From: Vicugna vicugna
Lineage: Eukaryota
Length of the DNA stretch: 64,000 nt
Direction: 5' to 3'
Assembly: GCA_013265495.1 (NCBI GenBank)
Contig: MU059523.1
Location: 7,941,503-8,005,502, forward strand
Made by a program: the position numbers and the translations under genes
Notes under the pieces: model-generated
The model's input: the letters and a program-made list of their open reading frames with translations, nothing else
Databases searched by the model: none
Told to the model about the DNA's origin: nothing
Shown here: piece after piece, positions 12,467 through 23,255 of the stretch
Layout: every line of letters begins with the position of its first letter
How positions within the stretch are numbered: the first letter of the stretch is position 1

Positions 12467-13487
12467 TCATAAATTTGAAGCAAATCGTGGCTTTTCTGCC
12501 TCTGGGTCTGTACTTAAGACTGACGATGACTCTCTCTGATGAGCCGCTGCTGCAGGAGGGGGTGCCGGGGGGACTCCTCGGTTGGGGGGGATGGCTCCCG
12601 ACGACATCTGTCGGAACAGGGTGACTCTCTGGGGGACAGTGCCCCGGCCGGCTGCCTGCACCGCAGTCACGGGCTGAGGGATGGAGGCCAGGGACTCGCC
12701 CACAGTGGGATGCGGTCTGGAAATCATGGTGGAAATCCTGGGTTGGGGGGGATGGCTCCCGACGACATCTGTCGGAACAGGGTGACTCTCTGGGGGACAG
12801 TGCCCCGGCCGGCTGCCTGCACCGCAGTCACGGGCTGAGGGATGGAGGCCAGGGACTCGCCCACAGTGGGATGCGGTCTGGAAATCATGGTGGAAAGCTC
12901 ATGGGGCAGCGAGGGCTGCGAGGCCGAGAGGGGCCGGACTTCGCGGGTCAGGCTGGGGTTGTGAAGCGCCTGCGTGCTCTTGTGCACTTCGTTTTTCGGC
13001 GTCGAGCTGCCGGATGCCTGCGGCTGGTGGGGCGGCGGCTGGGGCGGCGGCGGCTGGGACTGCTGGACGGGCTGCTGCTGAATGAGTGACAGCTGGGAAG
13101 CCGTGGGGGAGGCGTAGTGGAAAGTTCGAGAGGCCAGCGGGCTCTGGACGGGCGGGCTGCAGACCGCAGTGGTGTAGGAGCAGGGCGAGAGGATGGCCGA
13201 GGGCTGCGGGGTCTGCGTGCTGGGGCTGGGGGAGTGCAGGTTGCTGTGCGACAGGCTGGGGGCGGTGTACACCGGCGGAGACTGCGTCCTCACGCGGGAC
13301 GTCGGAGTGGCCGTCGAAGATGTGGAGTTCAGGGCCGTCATCTGGGGATAACTGAGGGGAGCGATCGCCTGCACCATCTCCCGGTCGTGTTTCACAATCT
13401 GCTTCAGGATCTCGTTCTCCTGGTTGTTGAAAACACCAGTGTTCAGATCCTTCTGGAACTTTTGCAGAAGAATTGAATTTTTCTTTC
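12467..13487 (-). CDS. HCN1: HCN1 terminal coding exon (exon 8 in human numbering), C-terminal cytoplasmic tail; interrupted as assembled by a 161-bp tandem duplication
   Basis: Acceptor ctgacag|GAAAGAAAAATTCA at 13487 (phase 1). Translates (G)[43 protein letters not shown]...[15 protein letters not shown]...[16 protein letters not shown]...EKPRFASNL*, stop TGA at 12469-12467. This matches the HCN1 C-terminus as I know it. 1021 nt minus the 161-nt duplication = 860 nt = 2 + 286 codons, in frame. Confidence 0.98.
12540..13390. other. GC/CpG-rich island overlapping the HCN1 terminal coding exon
   Basis: Abrupt switch from AT-rich flanks to dense CpG (e.g. gggcggcggctggggcggcggcggctggg); CpG o/e not computed. 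Confidence 0.75.
12575..12896. repeat. 161-bp head-to-tail tandem duplication within the HCN1 last exon
   Basis: 12575-12735 and 12736-12896 are identical except 12579 c versus 12740 g. Confidence 0.98.
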
Positions 13488-13854
13488 CTGTCAGCGAAAG
13501 AAAGATAGGCCCTTAGAAAGCCTACAAAAGACTGATGGCAACTCCAAGTGAGAGTGGCCTTGCAGACAGAAGGGTGGCAGTGTCTCATGGGAGGGGCTTA
13601 AACGCCACGTACTCACCTTCGGAAACCAAACAGAAACGTGGCTCCTGCCTTTCACGCTTCCTGTATCTTTCTGGGGAATCTTACCTTCTACACAAGTCAG
13701 GTTGAAAAGTGTGTAACATGGCAAAAGCCACCTTACAGAAGAAATGGAGATACGTGTCCTGAGGGCTACCTTGGGAGGGAAAAAAGGGCCTTTGGATCAG
13801 GATGAGCCTGGAATCAAGATTTCAGTTTAAATCTTCTTTTTCAAGAGAGGGCAA

Positions 13855-14050
13855 TGGAACACTTGCTCTGTGACAGGTGCTCTACACAAGACATCAGGTA
13901 GATTTATTTTATTTAATCTTCAACTCTTGAGGTAGGTGAGCTCATAATCCTATTTCACCCAAAAGTAGACTGGAGCGCAGTTAAGAATAATGCCCAAGAA
14001 AACATGGTTACCAAGTGACAGGGCTGGGAAAGGAAACCAGTAACTCTGAT
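13855..14050 (-). mobile_element. MIR SINE
   Basis: acttgctctgtgacaggtgctct...atttaatcttcaactcttgaggtagg...taatgcccaag. Confidence 0.6.
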
Positions 14051-14084
14051 GGCCGACTTACTACAGACTGTGAGCCAGCCACAT

Positions 14085-14210
14085 GTGTATCCCGTGCCTG
14101 TTTGCTGGAAATGAAGGCTCCCGCCCCCACCCCCGCCCTTGCTGAGCAGATGCTGTATTTTAATAGATCCCCAGGTGATTCTCACATGCAAGTTTGAGAA
14201 GCAAAGGCCT
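14085..14210. mobile_element. MER5A-like MITE fragment
   Basis: ctgtattttaatagatccccaggtgattctcacatgcaagtttgagaagca. Confidence 0.65.
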
Positions 14211-15689
14211 TTGCTTCTGACCAGTGCCCCCCACCATGACTGTCCACTCTACTTGCATCTTCTCATCTCTGGAGATTTCCAAGGACTGATTTTCAACTGC
14301 ACCCTGCCAATTAAATTGGCCTAACCAGACGTGGGCCCAGTTTTCAGTACTTTAAAAGCAAATTTCCCCAGGGGGTTCTCATGGGCAACCAGACTGAGAA
14401 GCGTTTCACAATCTTTCCTCTTCTGAAAAGTTGCTGTGAGGACCAAGGGGCATCGTGTATGGCAAGCTCTCGCTCATCGAGGACCTCAGGAAGCAGGGCC
14501 TCTCCTTCCCGCTCTTGTCTGTGGAGTGGTTTGCAGTAAGAAGACATTCTCTATCAAAGTGGCAATTAGAATCAACTGCAGGTTGATGAAAGGGAAATCG
14601 GTGACTTTTTAATGACATCATGAATAAAGTCATACCCAGGTAAATATAGTGACTGAAAAGTAAATTAATTTGCCATCATCACTAAATAAAGTATCACGTC
14701 TAAAGTAACAAGGTATATTTTTGAATGGCAGTATGTGTTATAATTTACTTGGATGCTGGGAAAGGCAATCATTTTAAATGGCTACCGAAATGAATAGTTA
14801 CCTGCCTCTCTTTACAGAATTGTCTTAATTTCCCAAAGAACAAAGACTTCTACATTAGTAGAAAATATAAATGCTTACTTAGCATATTCCTTTAACTATA
14901 GTGTATACATTTATAAGCAATGGCCACAAAACTGAGAAGGATAATATTTGTGATCATGTGAATAGTCAACATTTCATCATTCAAGTATCTGGGCCCTTGT
15001 GTAAAAATACTATAACTTTTAAAGCACTGTTAGAATCCTGTAAGAATTAAGAATGCAAATGCTTGGTGCTCACCAGCAATTTTATTGCCTGTATTATTGA
15101 TTGCAAACCATTTCACGCAAACTTTCTAACGAAAAATCAATTGCAATAAGTTAGATGAGTGTGCTGCTCTATCAGATTAACAGAAATTTTCTATTGAAAT
15201 AACCTGATTTTGGTGCTTTTGCTAAATATGTCTAGCTGGCTTAGAAAAAAAACTCATATACTCAGAAATTAGTCTCTCGCTCTACCATAAATACTCAACA
15301 TACCACAAAGAAGGAAATTATTTTCAAATTAAGTAATGATGCTCTCAGATGTACTCACTTCTTTTTTGGGCACTGTCTCCTGGACACACCATCCTGTTAC
15401 ATCTCTAAACTATCAGTATACTTTCTAATATGTGTGTGATGTCTAATGGTAATGTCCAAATACTACCTTTACTTCTCCTAATCTACTTTCAGATCCTTTT
15501 GCAGTCCGTTGTCCTACCAATATAGGGGAAAAGAAAGATGTAAAGTGCAGAAGAAAAGCTGGCACGACAATACATCAATCAAAAGTCCTTACCTTTTATA
15601 AGAACGAAGCAGTTGAAGTACCTCTTTGTTTACTTTCCAGTGATTCCCAACCCCATCTCCTTTGAGTTCATTGATTCCTTCATCCCTCC

Positions 15690-15990
15690 CTAACTCTCTT
15701 CACCAATATTCATTGTGTACTAGGTACTGTGAATTAACAGTGAATTAGACATGATCTCTACATTCACAAAGCTTAGCATTGCTAGAGCAGCTTAAAGAAT
15801 AAAAGCAGTGCTGTGATGGAGAAATTTCCCAGCGATAAGGGAGAACATATCCAGGGTACTCAGCCTAGTACGGGAGTGGGAGGTCATGGAGGTTTCTACA
15901 GGGAAGTGATGTCTAACTTGAGATAGGAAGGTGGGTAGAGTTAAGCAGGGAAAGGGAGCACAGGAGGGTAGGGTGAGGCAGGAGGATCTG
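15690..15990 (-). mobile_element. L2 3' fragment
   Basis: gtgtactaggtactgtg...cagtgaattagacatgatctctacattcacaaagctta...gggaagtgatgtctaacttgaga. Confidence 0.6.
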
Positions 15991-16716
15991 GGTGTGGAAA
16001 ATGAATGCATACCACCTTCTGACATCAGAATGTTCCAGCATATCTTGGGAAGTTAACAGCAAGCCCATCTGATCTAACTTTACTATGGCAATTATCCAAA
16101 TCTTTAAACTAGTGTAACTAATAAGGTCTAACTTACATATTTTTATCTGAGAGCAGAGAAGACTTTAAAATAAGTTGATCTGTGCAAAGTAAAGCATCTA
16201 TGTGGGTTCTTCTATTAAGGCTTTTTCTGCTTGAGTCTGTATTACAAACATTTCAAGAAGTTTCTCCTGAGACAATTAAAATGCACAAGTTTTCAATTCT
16301 TAATATAAGAATAAAATATAAAGTTGATCCTTAAAAATCTTGTTATAAAATTGGGTTTGTAATGTAGACTCATACTATTGTATTTTTAGTTCTATTTTAA
16401 TGCAATCTAGAATTTTTTTCATTGCTTTTTACCTTAAGATTCAAATTGTTTTGGTATCACTGAGGAAATCAGACTGTGTAGCTAGTAAAAACAGAAATGA
16501 ATAAACAAACCTAGAATAGTTAGAAGAGAAAGTTAGATAGAGCCTCAGATCTTTCTAGAAATATGGCTAGAGCTAATTGCTATTTCTATGCGAATTAAGA
16601 AGCAATCTATAAACTAGCATTTGGGACTTATAATTGAAACTATGTATATATATATATATGTCAGTCCACTTGATTAAAACTAAATTGTGCACAGAGAAGA
16701 AAACTAAGCAGAGTAC

Positions 16717-16881
16717 CTATCCGATCTAGTCGGTCAATGGCAACCGTCTCAAAGGCTCTTCTCATCATTGGATATTCCTCCAGGACCTCATTGAAATTGT
16801 CCACAGAAAGCGAATACAGACGACAATATGTGTCGGCTCGGACACTGGCAGTGCGGCGTCCCTTGGTCAGCAGGCAAATCT
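16717..16881 (-). CDS. HCN1: HCN1 coding exon 7 (CNBD phosphate-binding cassette, B and C helices)
   Basis: 165 nt. Acceptor tctttttag|AG at 16881, donor ATAG|gtactc at 16717. Translates (E)[54 protein letters not shown](G); phases match the flanking exons. Confidence 0.99.
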
Positions 16882-18096
16882 CTAAAAAGACGAGAAAGAA
16901 AGATTTGTTTGGTAATTTTCTGCAAAAGGCCGTTAAAGCCTCCCAGAACTAAAAAAAAAGAAAAAAGAAAAAAAAGAATAAGAGTTTCATGATGTGAGAA
17001 ATCAATGATTAGCAACATTTTCTACTTTATCAGGAAATCCTTTCTGATAATTAAAAGTACCCAATTGCTAACAGTTAATCTGAAAAAAAAATTAAATAAT
17101 TGAGGCTTTTGGTACAAAGGGAAGGCTGAAAGAACTTAATTTTCTTTCAGCTCCCATTCCAATCCCTCTGAAATAACAGCCAAAAAAAAAATGCAGAAAA
17201 AATAATAATAAATCCAAAATGGAGCTGAAAACAAGAGGAGACTATGGTCAGACAGAAGTTTATGAATTCTGGAAGACAGAAACCAAAGTGAGTTCAAAAT
17301 CACTGGCTTAGAAAGTCCTATGATCAAACAAAACTAGATCACAGGTTCAGATGTATGCATTATAGACATGTGTTAGGTGGTTCATATACTCCAATAAGAT
17401 CAGTATAAAACATTATTTTCCTAATTCTCAGAGTGGCTTTTTATGTAAGTAAATTCTAAGGAAAATCCTTTGTTAAAATTTTGATTCCCACTAAAAGGTA
17501 AGCAGACAGTTGCAAATTTGGATTTTCTTATTAGCTCACTAAATTAAAAAAGTGATGATTTTCTATTTCATTTTCCAAAATTTATTAAAATCCTGTAGAC
17601 TTTGCTTGTTTAAAAAATTCAGAATTGAAAAATTTTGCTTCAAGATAACGTATTTGAAAAAAGGAATGGCAGAAGTGTTTCCAAAATGCACAGTCTCCTA
17701 GCAAAAGGAAATACAGCAAAATAATTATTGAAAGCAACCCAAATTCACACTCCAATGAACTTATTTAAAGAAATTCCATCCATGTTGATAAACTTTATGG
17801 GTAAATTATGTGGGAGGCACTAGGTACTTGATGTTAGAGCTGGAAACACAAATCAAACATACTATCTACTTTTGTATGACCTACCTGCTGGTGGTAAAAA
17901 GAAAAATTGGTTCCTTTTAGTTTTCATTTAAATGCAATCTGGTGAGACAAAGAGAATGCAGGCACTCTGGGAGTACCAAAGAAGCGCATCTGAACCAATC
18001 TGGCGATTAAGAGGATTTTAGGAACTGCCACCTAAGCCACCAATTATGTTATTGTTCATGCTGGTAAACATATTTCAAATTTAATAAATAATATTG

Positions 18097-18330
18097 TGGC
18101 GGGGCCAAGATGGCAGAGTAGGATGCACTGAGCTCCCCTCTTCCCTCAGGCACACCAAAATTACAACTATTTACAGAGCAACTGTTGATGAAAACAACCT
18201 GAAGAGTAGTAGAAAAGATCTGCTACAACTAAAGATACAAAGAAGGAAGCACAGTGAGTCAGGTAGGAGGGGCACACATGCGATACAGTCAGGACCCACA
18301 GCCCTGGGAGGCAACCCTAAACAGGAGGAG
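18097..18330 (+). mobile_element. Isolated L1 5' UTR fragment (cetartiodactyl-type, tentative)
   Basis: ggcggggccaagatggcagagtagg...gagctcccctcttcc...cacaccaaaattacaactatttacagagcaact...aaaagatctgctacaactaaagata is a recognisable L1 5' terminus. Confidence 0.7.
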
Positions 18331-19800
18331 GATCACGTTACGAGCAGATGCATCAAAATGCTAATGAAGGCTATTTCTGGGGGATGAGGATTATGGATGA
18401 TTGTCATTTTTCACTTTATGTTTTTATGAATATCTAGTTGTCTGCAATGAACAAACATTGCTTATAAAATTAGAAAGAAAACAGTAAATGCCATTAAAAA
18501 TGAAAAAATATTGCACACTGTTCATATTTGCTTGTTTATGTGTGTGCGTGCACGCACACTGGTAGGAAGGTGAATCTCTACTGGTCAATGTTGGAGGATA
18601 AAGTATATTATCGTACCATGGCATTTTTCAGCTACTGTAATCTAAAAAATGTAATAAAATAATAATATAAAATAAAAATGTAATAAAGTATTTTCCACAC
18701 TATCCCAAAATTAAATTCCTGTGTTGCTAAAGTACTAATGCCATATTATATAACTTAGAATTACAATATTATGACAAAAAAAGATGAGAAATGTATTATT
18801 GCTAAGTGCTGCTTTCAAATCTGTACAGACTGTCATATAGAAAGGTTATAATTCTGACAGAAAAACCCCAATAATATGTAACAAAGATCTGAAGAAGTAT
18901 CCATACTCTTTAACCCAGGAATTTCACATGACAATCCAGCCTAAGGAAACAGTTTGTGATCAGAACAATGTTGTTTACATGGTGATATACATTATGCATT
19001 CATTTATACATCTGAAAATATGAGAATGCCTTAAATAACAGGTTAAGATTCATGATCAATTATGCGGCAGTTATTAAAAGTAAAGCTTTGAAAGTCTATG
19101 TGTTAACAGGAGAATGGTCATGAAAGCTTCAGTGAGAAAAGCTGGATACAAGATTATAACTATAGCATGATAAAAAAGACCACATATAGGTGAGTAAGAT
19201 GACAATAAAATCTACCAATATGCACTGCTCTGGTTGGAAAATGTTCCTTTATGAAGATATACTGTGTACATTTTTTCTTTGTTCAACTTTCTTTTATATA
19301 AATTAATTTTATTTGTGGCTGTATATAACTTTCATTTTTTACATGTTATTTAAAAACTTATATCTAAGTGCACAGAATAGGAAAAAAAACAAGATCTGAA
19401 GGAATATAAACAAAGCTATTAATAGTGATTACTAGTGTTGGAAATTTCCTCAACTTTAGTTTTCATTGTTTTCAATGTATTTCTATTTTGGCACTTATTT
19501 AATGTACAAATGCTTTCCATTTCCCTATGTTTGTTGCTTTCTCGTTATATTCTCCTCTTCTGTTCTGGATGTAATATTCTCTATCTTCTGATAGTTGTTA
19601 AGAGTTCTGGTTTTGAACGATGAGTGTATACTACAACACGGAAAAACCTCAGTATGTTTCACAAACATAGTAGAAGAAGCAAGACATTAGAGTCCACATA
19701 GTACATGATTCCACTGTACAGATACTCTAGAAAAGGCAAATCTCTAGTAACAGGTAACAGGTTAGTGGTTGCTTGGAGCAGTGGGTGGGAAAGGAGATAA
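18331..19800 (+). mobile_element. Fragmented old L1 (L1MC/L1ME-type) 3' pieces
   Basis: ggctatttctggggatgaggattatgg; ccatactctttaacccaggaatttc; atgattccactgtacagatactctagaaaaggcaaatct...ggttagtggttgc. Confidence 0.55.
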
Positions 19801-20454
19801 ACAATAAGTTAACATTTAATGCACAATACTTCAGACATCGGTCTTAGTTTATATCTAAAGTTCCATTGATTTTTATATCTATAGTGCTTCTGTGGCATCC
19901 AGTAGGCACTTAATGTTTGCTGAATTGAATCAGTGAACAAAAAAGCAACATGTTCTACAAGATGAGTTTCAGTCACCCATGGAAAAACTAAGAGCTAAAT
20001 ATAGATTTACACTAGCAAAGTCGTTTTAGAAGTTATCGAATGAGCTGTGTTCACTCCCCACACAAAGCTCTTCAGCCATTATCTCTCAGCATCCCCTCAG
20101 CAATTTCTTAGTAAGGAACAGAACAAATGAGGGCATATTCATAAGAACAGAAATAGTCACTAGTCAGTGTGAAAAACAATTTAATTAGTCCCTTCTTTTA
20201 ATGCCTCCATGTTCTTTATTTCCACCATGAACGGAAATAAACAATACCACACACTTAGCAATGAGAAAAAGTAAGCTTGATCATAAAAGAGTCTTAGATT
20301 TCACGAACCAAATTTCCTAGATTCAATATGAATGGAGCAGATGTTTCTCTCAAAATTAATTTTCTCTTGATATTAAGTTATTTTGGGGATTCATGTATTG
20401 AGTGAAGGGAGTCCTGTGTTAGGTGTTACGGACTGAGTTTTTGTGTATTTACTC

Positions 20455-20513
20455 TGTGTGTGTGCGTGTGTATGTGTATGTATATGTGTATGTGTATGTG
20501 TGTGTATGTGTGT
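20455..20513. repeat. Compound (TG)n/(TATG)n microsatellite
   Basis: tgtgtgtgtgcgtgtgtatgtgtatgtatatgtgtatgtg... Confidence 0.9.
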
Positions 20514-22959
20514 TTGGGTAAAGGACAGAGAGGAAAAAAAACAATTTAGTCATCTGTACATCTGTATCTAATACTCTCCCTTAGGTTCCTTAGAAATTGT
20601 GTATATACTAGTTTATCACTGTTTTTATTTTCTTATACTGTGTTTTCTAATTATTTCCTAAACATTGATCTAATCTCCCTAGCGAGTTTAAGACATTTTA
20701 AAGACAACAGCCACGCAGTAACATTATTTTATCCCTCGAAGTGCCTGCTACCTTGAGTCCTGAGCCCAGAGAAAATTGTTTTCAAATGCTTATGAGTACA
20801 GTGATAGCGGACAAACTCAAGGTTGACAGTAACTTCTAGCCTTCAGTTTCAGATGACACAGATGTCTTGGTTCCCCTGCTGGGCATCGTCCCTTTGTAAC
20901 AGAACTTGCCAAATGCTTTATGTATTTTTCCTAAGCAACACGGTGTATCTTCGAGGTTTTTGCGCAATGTATATAATGAAGAAAGTATACAGAGGATTTG
21001 GTTATGTTTTCTTCAAAGTAGGTATGTCCTTACTCACAGGTTAAAAATTAATTTGCTTTTGGGTGCTCAGATTGACTTCACAAGGAGAATAAAATATAAA
21101 ATGAAGTAAAATTGAACTCCCAAAGAACCAGCTGAGCGTAGCTTACAGATGGAACCTTTTTAAAGCAGTCTTTTGGCATGTTTTCTAGACCCTGTTGGTT
21201 GTTTCAGTCTTTCTGCTTTTTTATTTTTTTCTTGTCTGTTTACTCTCTGAGAACTCAACTAGGAATTTCCTAGTGGTGCAATTGCTGCTTTAAAAATCTT
21301 AGTGGAAGTTTATTTGGAAATACATCCCTTCTTCTGGAAGTAAATTTCTAGACTATAATTAAGTGCACAAGTAATGGGAACTTGGCATACTAATTTTAAT
21401 TCTGCACGATTCTCCCGTTTTTCTTTACAAGATAAGTTATTTTCTTTCCTGGGTAAGTTATTTCACTTACTCAAGAGGAAAACTGAGAGTAATAAATCCC
21501 ATCACAGGAATATTAGAAATCTCTACTTCCAATTTCAACAGTGTAAGAAGTGTGTCCCGGGAGATTAAATGTGGCCTCCCACACTGTGTATGTATACGCT
21601 TTTGATAGTCTTTAGGGGATAAGCTATTTCAACCACCCAAAGCTATTCTTGCTGACATTAGCTAACCTGACTGAACATTTCAGCCCACCTGACATCACTG
21701 CCACCTATATAAATGGTTGTTTTATAAGGCAAGGCAAATGGCCTCAAGAATTTTGCAATTCAGAAATATTTCTCTGACCTCTAAAACAGATTTTGACATT
21801 GCGGTAACACAGAGTTAATCATGAAAATATGGCAGAAATTTGTAAGGTAATGAACATAGGTAACCTGGGTTTCTAGAATTTATGGGAAAATTTGTATTCA
21901 GCAGCTCATAGTAATCTAAGCAAAAGCTATCTTCTTTTGTATCCGATAATCATGAAATAAAAGTAATCCTCTGTTGTGCATCGAAAGACTAATTTCCTAG
22001 AAACTACTTAGGTTTCTAATCCAATGTCTCATAATAATGTGCAAGAGGAAATATCACTTTTTCGTTTTCTGTTTTTATTTGTAATGTTTTCATATTTGTA
22101 CTAGTGAACTAGTAAAATGTCACCTCTGTGGCATACGATATGGTAAAATCCGGCTTAAATCAGTTTGCATACCAAATGTGGCTGGTAGAAGTGTCAAATG
22201 GATTTGATTAAGGATCTAAAGAAACAGAGTAGGATAAAACAAAATAGATGTAAATTTTGTAGCATTTGATGTATTTTGAAAACTTTCACATTTTATATAA
22301 CTTTCTGAAAAAGAGATTAGATACAACATATTTTCAAGTACAGATATTATATTATAGCCTATTATATATAGATTTTATATCATGATAAATACTCTAATAA
22401 ACAGAATTGCCCAATTTTGCTTTTTTCTAAAGATATAATTGATTATTTCAATTTCTGGGGATGCAGTCATACTTGCACAATTACTGGTGTCCTCTATTGC
22501 TGTTTATGCTATTATTTATGATTATTTAGTCATTTAACGATATTGCATTGTCAAACAAATCTTAGCTCTCGCCATATGTCTGGTCAATTTATTTCTCTTA
22601 AAACACAGGATCAGGATCACCTGGGGCTGTGAGTACTGACTCTGGTAGCAACGCCTCAGACAAGTTACACATTGGCAAAACTGTTACAAGGTTTAACTAA
22701 TACAGTGCCTCTAACGTGCCTGGTGTAAGCCTCATACAGTATGGGCACTGTTACAACATGAGTTCCTTTCCTTTTTTCTTTATGTTCCTTCTCTTCTCTC
22801 TGTATTTTCCTCCTTTGATTTTTGGCTCGACTTGCTAGAACCAAAGAAAAAGTAATACTTCATGTATCAAGTAACTCTCCAAATTTGTGAAATATAACTA
22901 TCATCTCTCACCCCCCTACCCTCTCATAAACAACTTGTTCATGAACTAATCATCCCAAT

Positions 22960-23255
22960 ACTTTAGACTTGTCTCACGTACAAGGCTTCACACCGATGGA
23001 CATTTTTTCTCAATTACTCCAGGTAGAATTCATCTTTGTGCCTCCACTCTGATCATCTTGCATCTTAGCCCCTACAGCACATTATTGAACTTATTTGTTT
23101 ATATGCTATTTCTCTACACTAAACTATAAGGTATTTAATGAAAAGTTCAACAGTCACATTTGCGATGTCTAGTCCTTACCATAGAAAGGTACTATGTCAC
23201 ACATTGTCACTTGGTTCATGAAATAAGGAATGAATGAGTCAATCAATTAATGAGA
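22960..23255 (+). mobile_element. L2 3' fragment
   Basis: Ends with the L2-type gaatgaatgagtcaatcaattaatga tail. Confidence 0.5.

Larger units (their letters stand above)
13488..16716 (-). other. HCN1: HCN1 intron between exons 7 and 8 (3229 nt, GT-AG)
   Basis: Bounded by the GT donor at 16716 and AG acceptor at 13488. Confidence 0.95.

Noticed and set aside
12539-13476. Several plus-strand ORFs (99, 72, 89 and 119 aa) antisense to exon 8
   Set aside because: Expected from the GC-rich antisense frames of a coding exon; low-complexity Gly/Arg/Ala products with no independent support.
12899-13588. 229-aa alternative-frame ORF over intron 7 and exon 8
   Set aside because: It is a shadow frame of a GC-rich exon, where stop codons are scarce. 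Its ATG is intronic and it terminates at 12899, so it does not fuse to the SNL tail.
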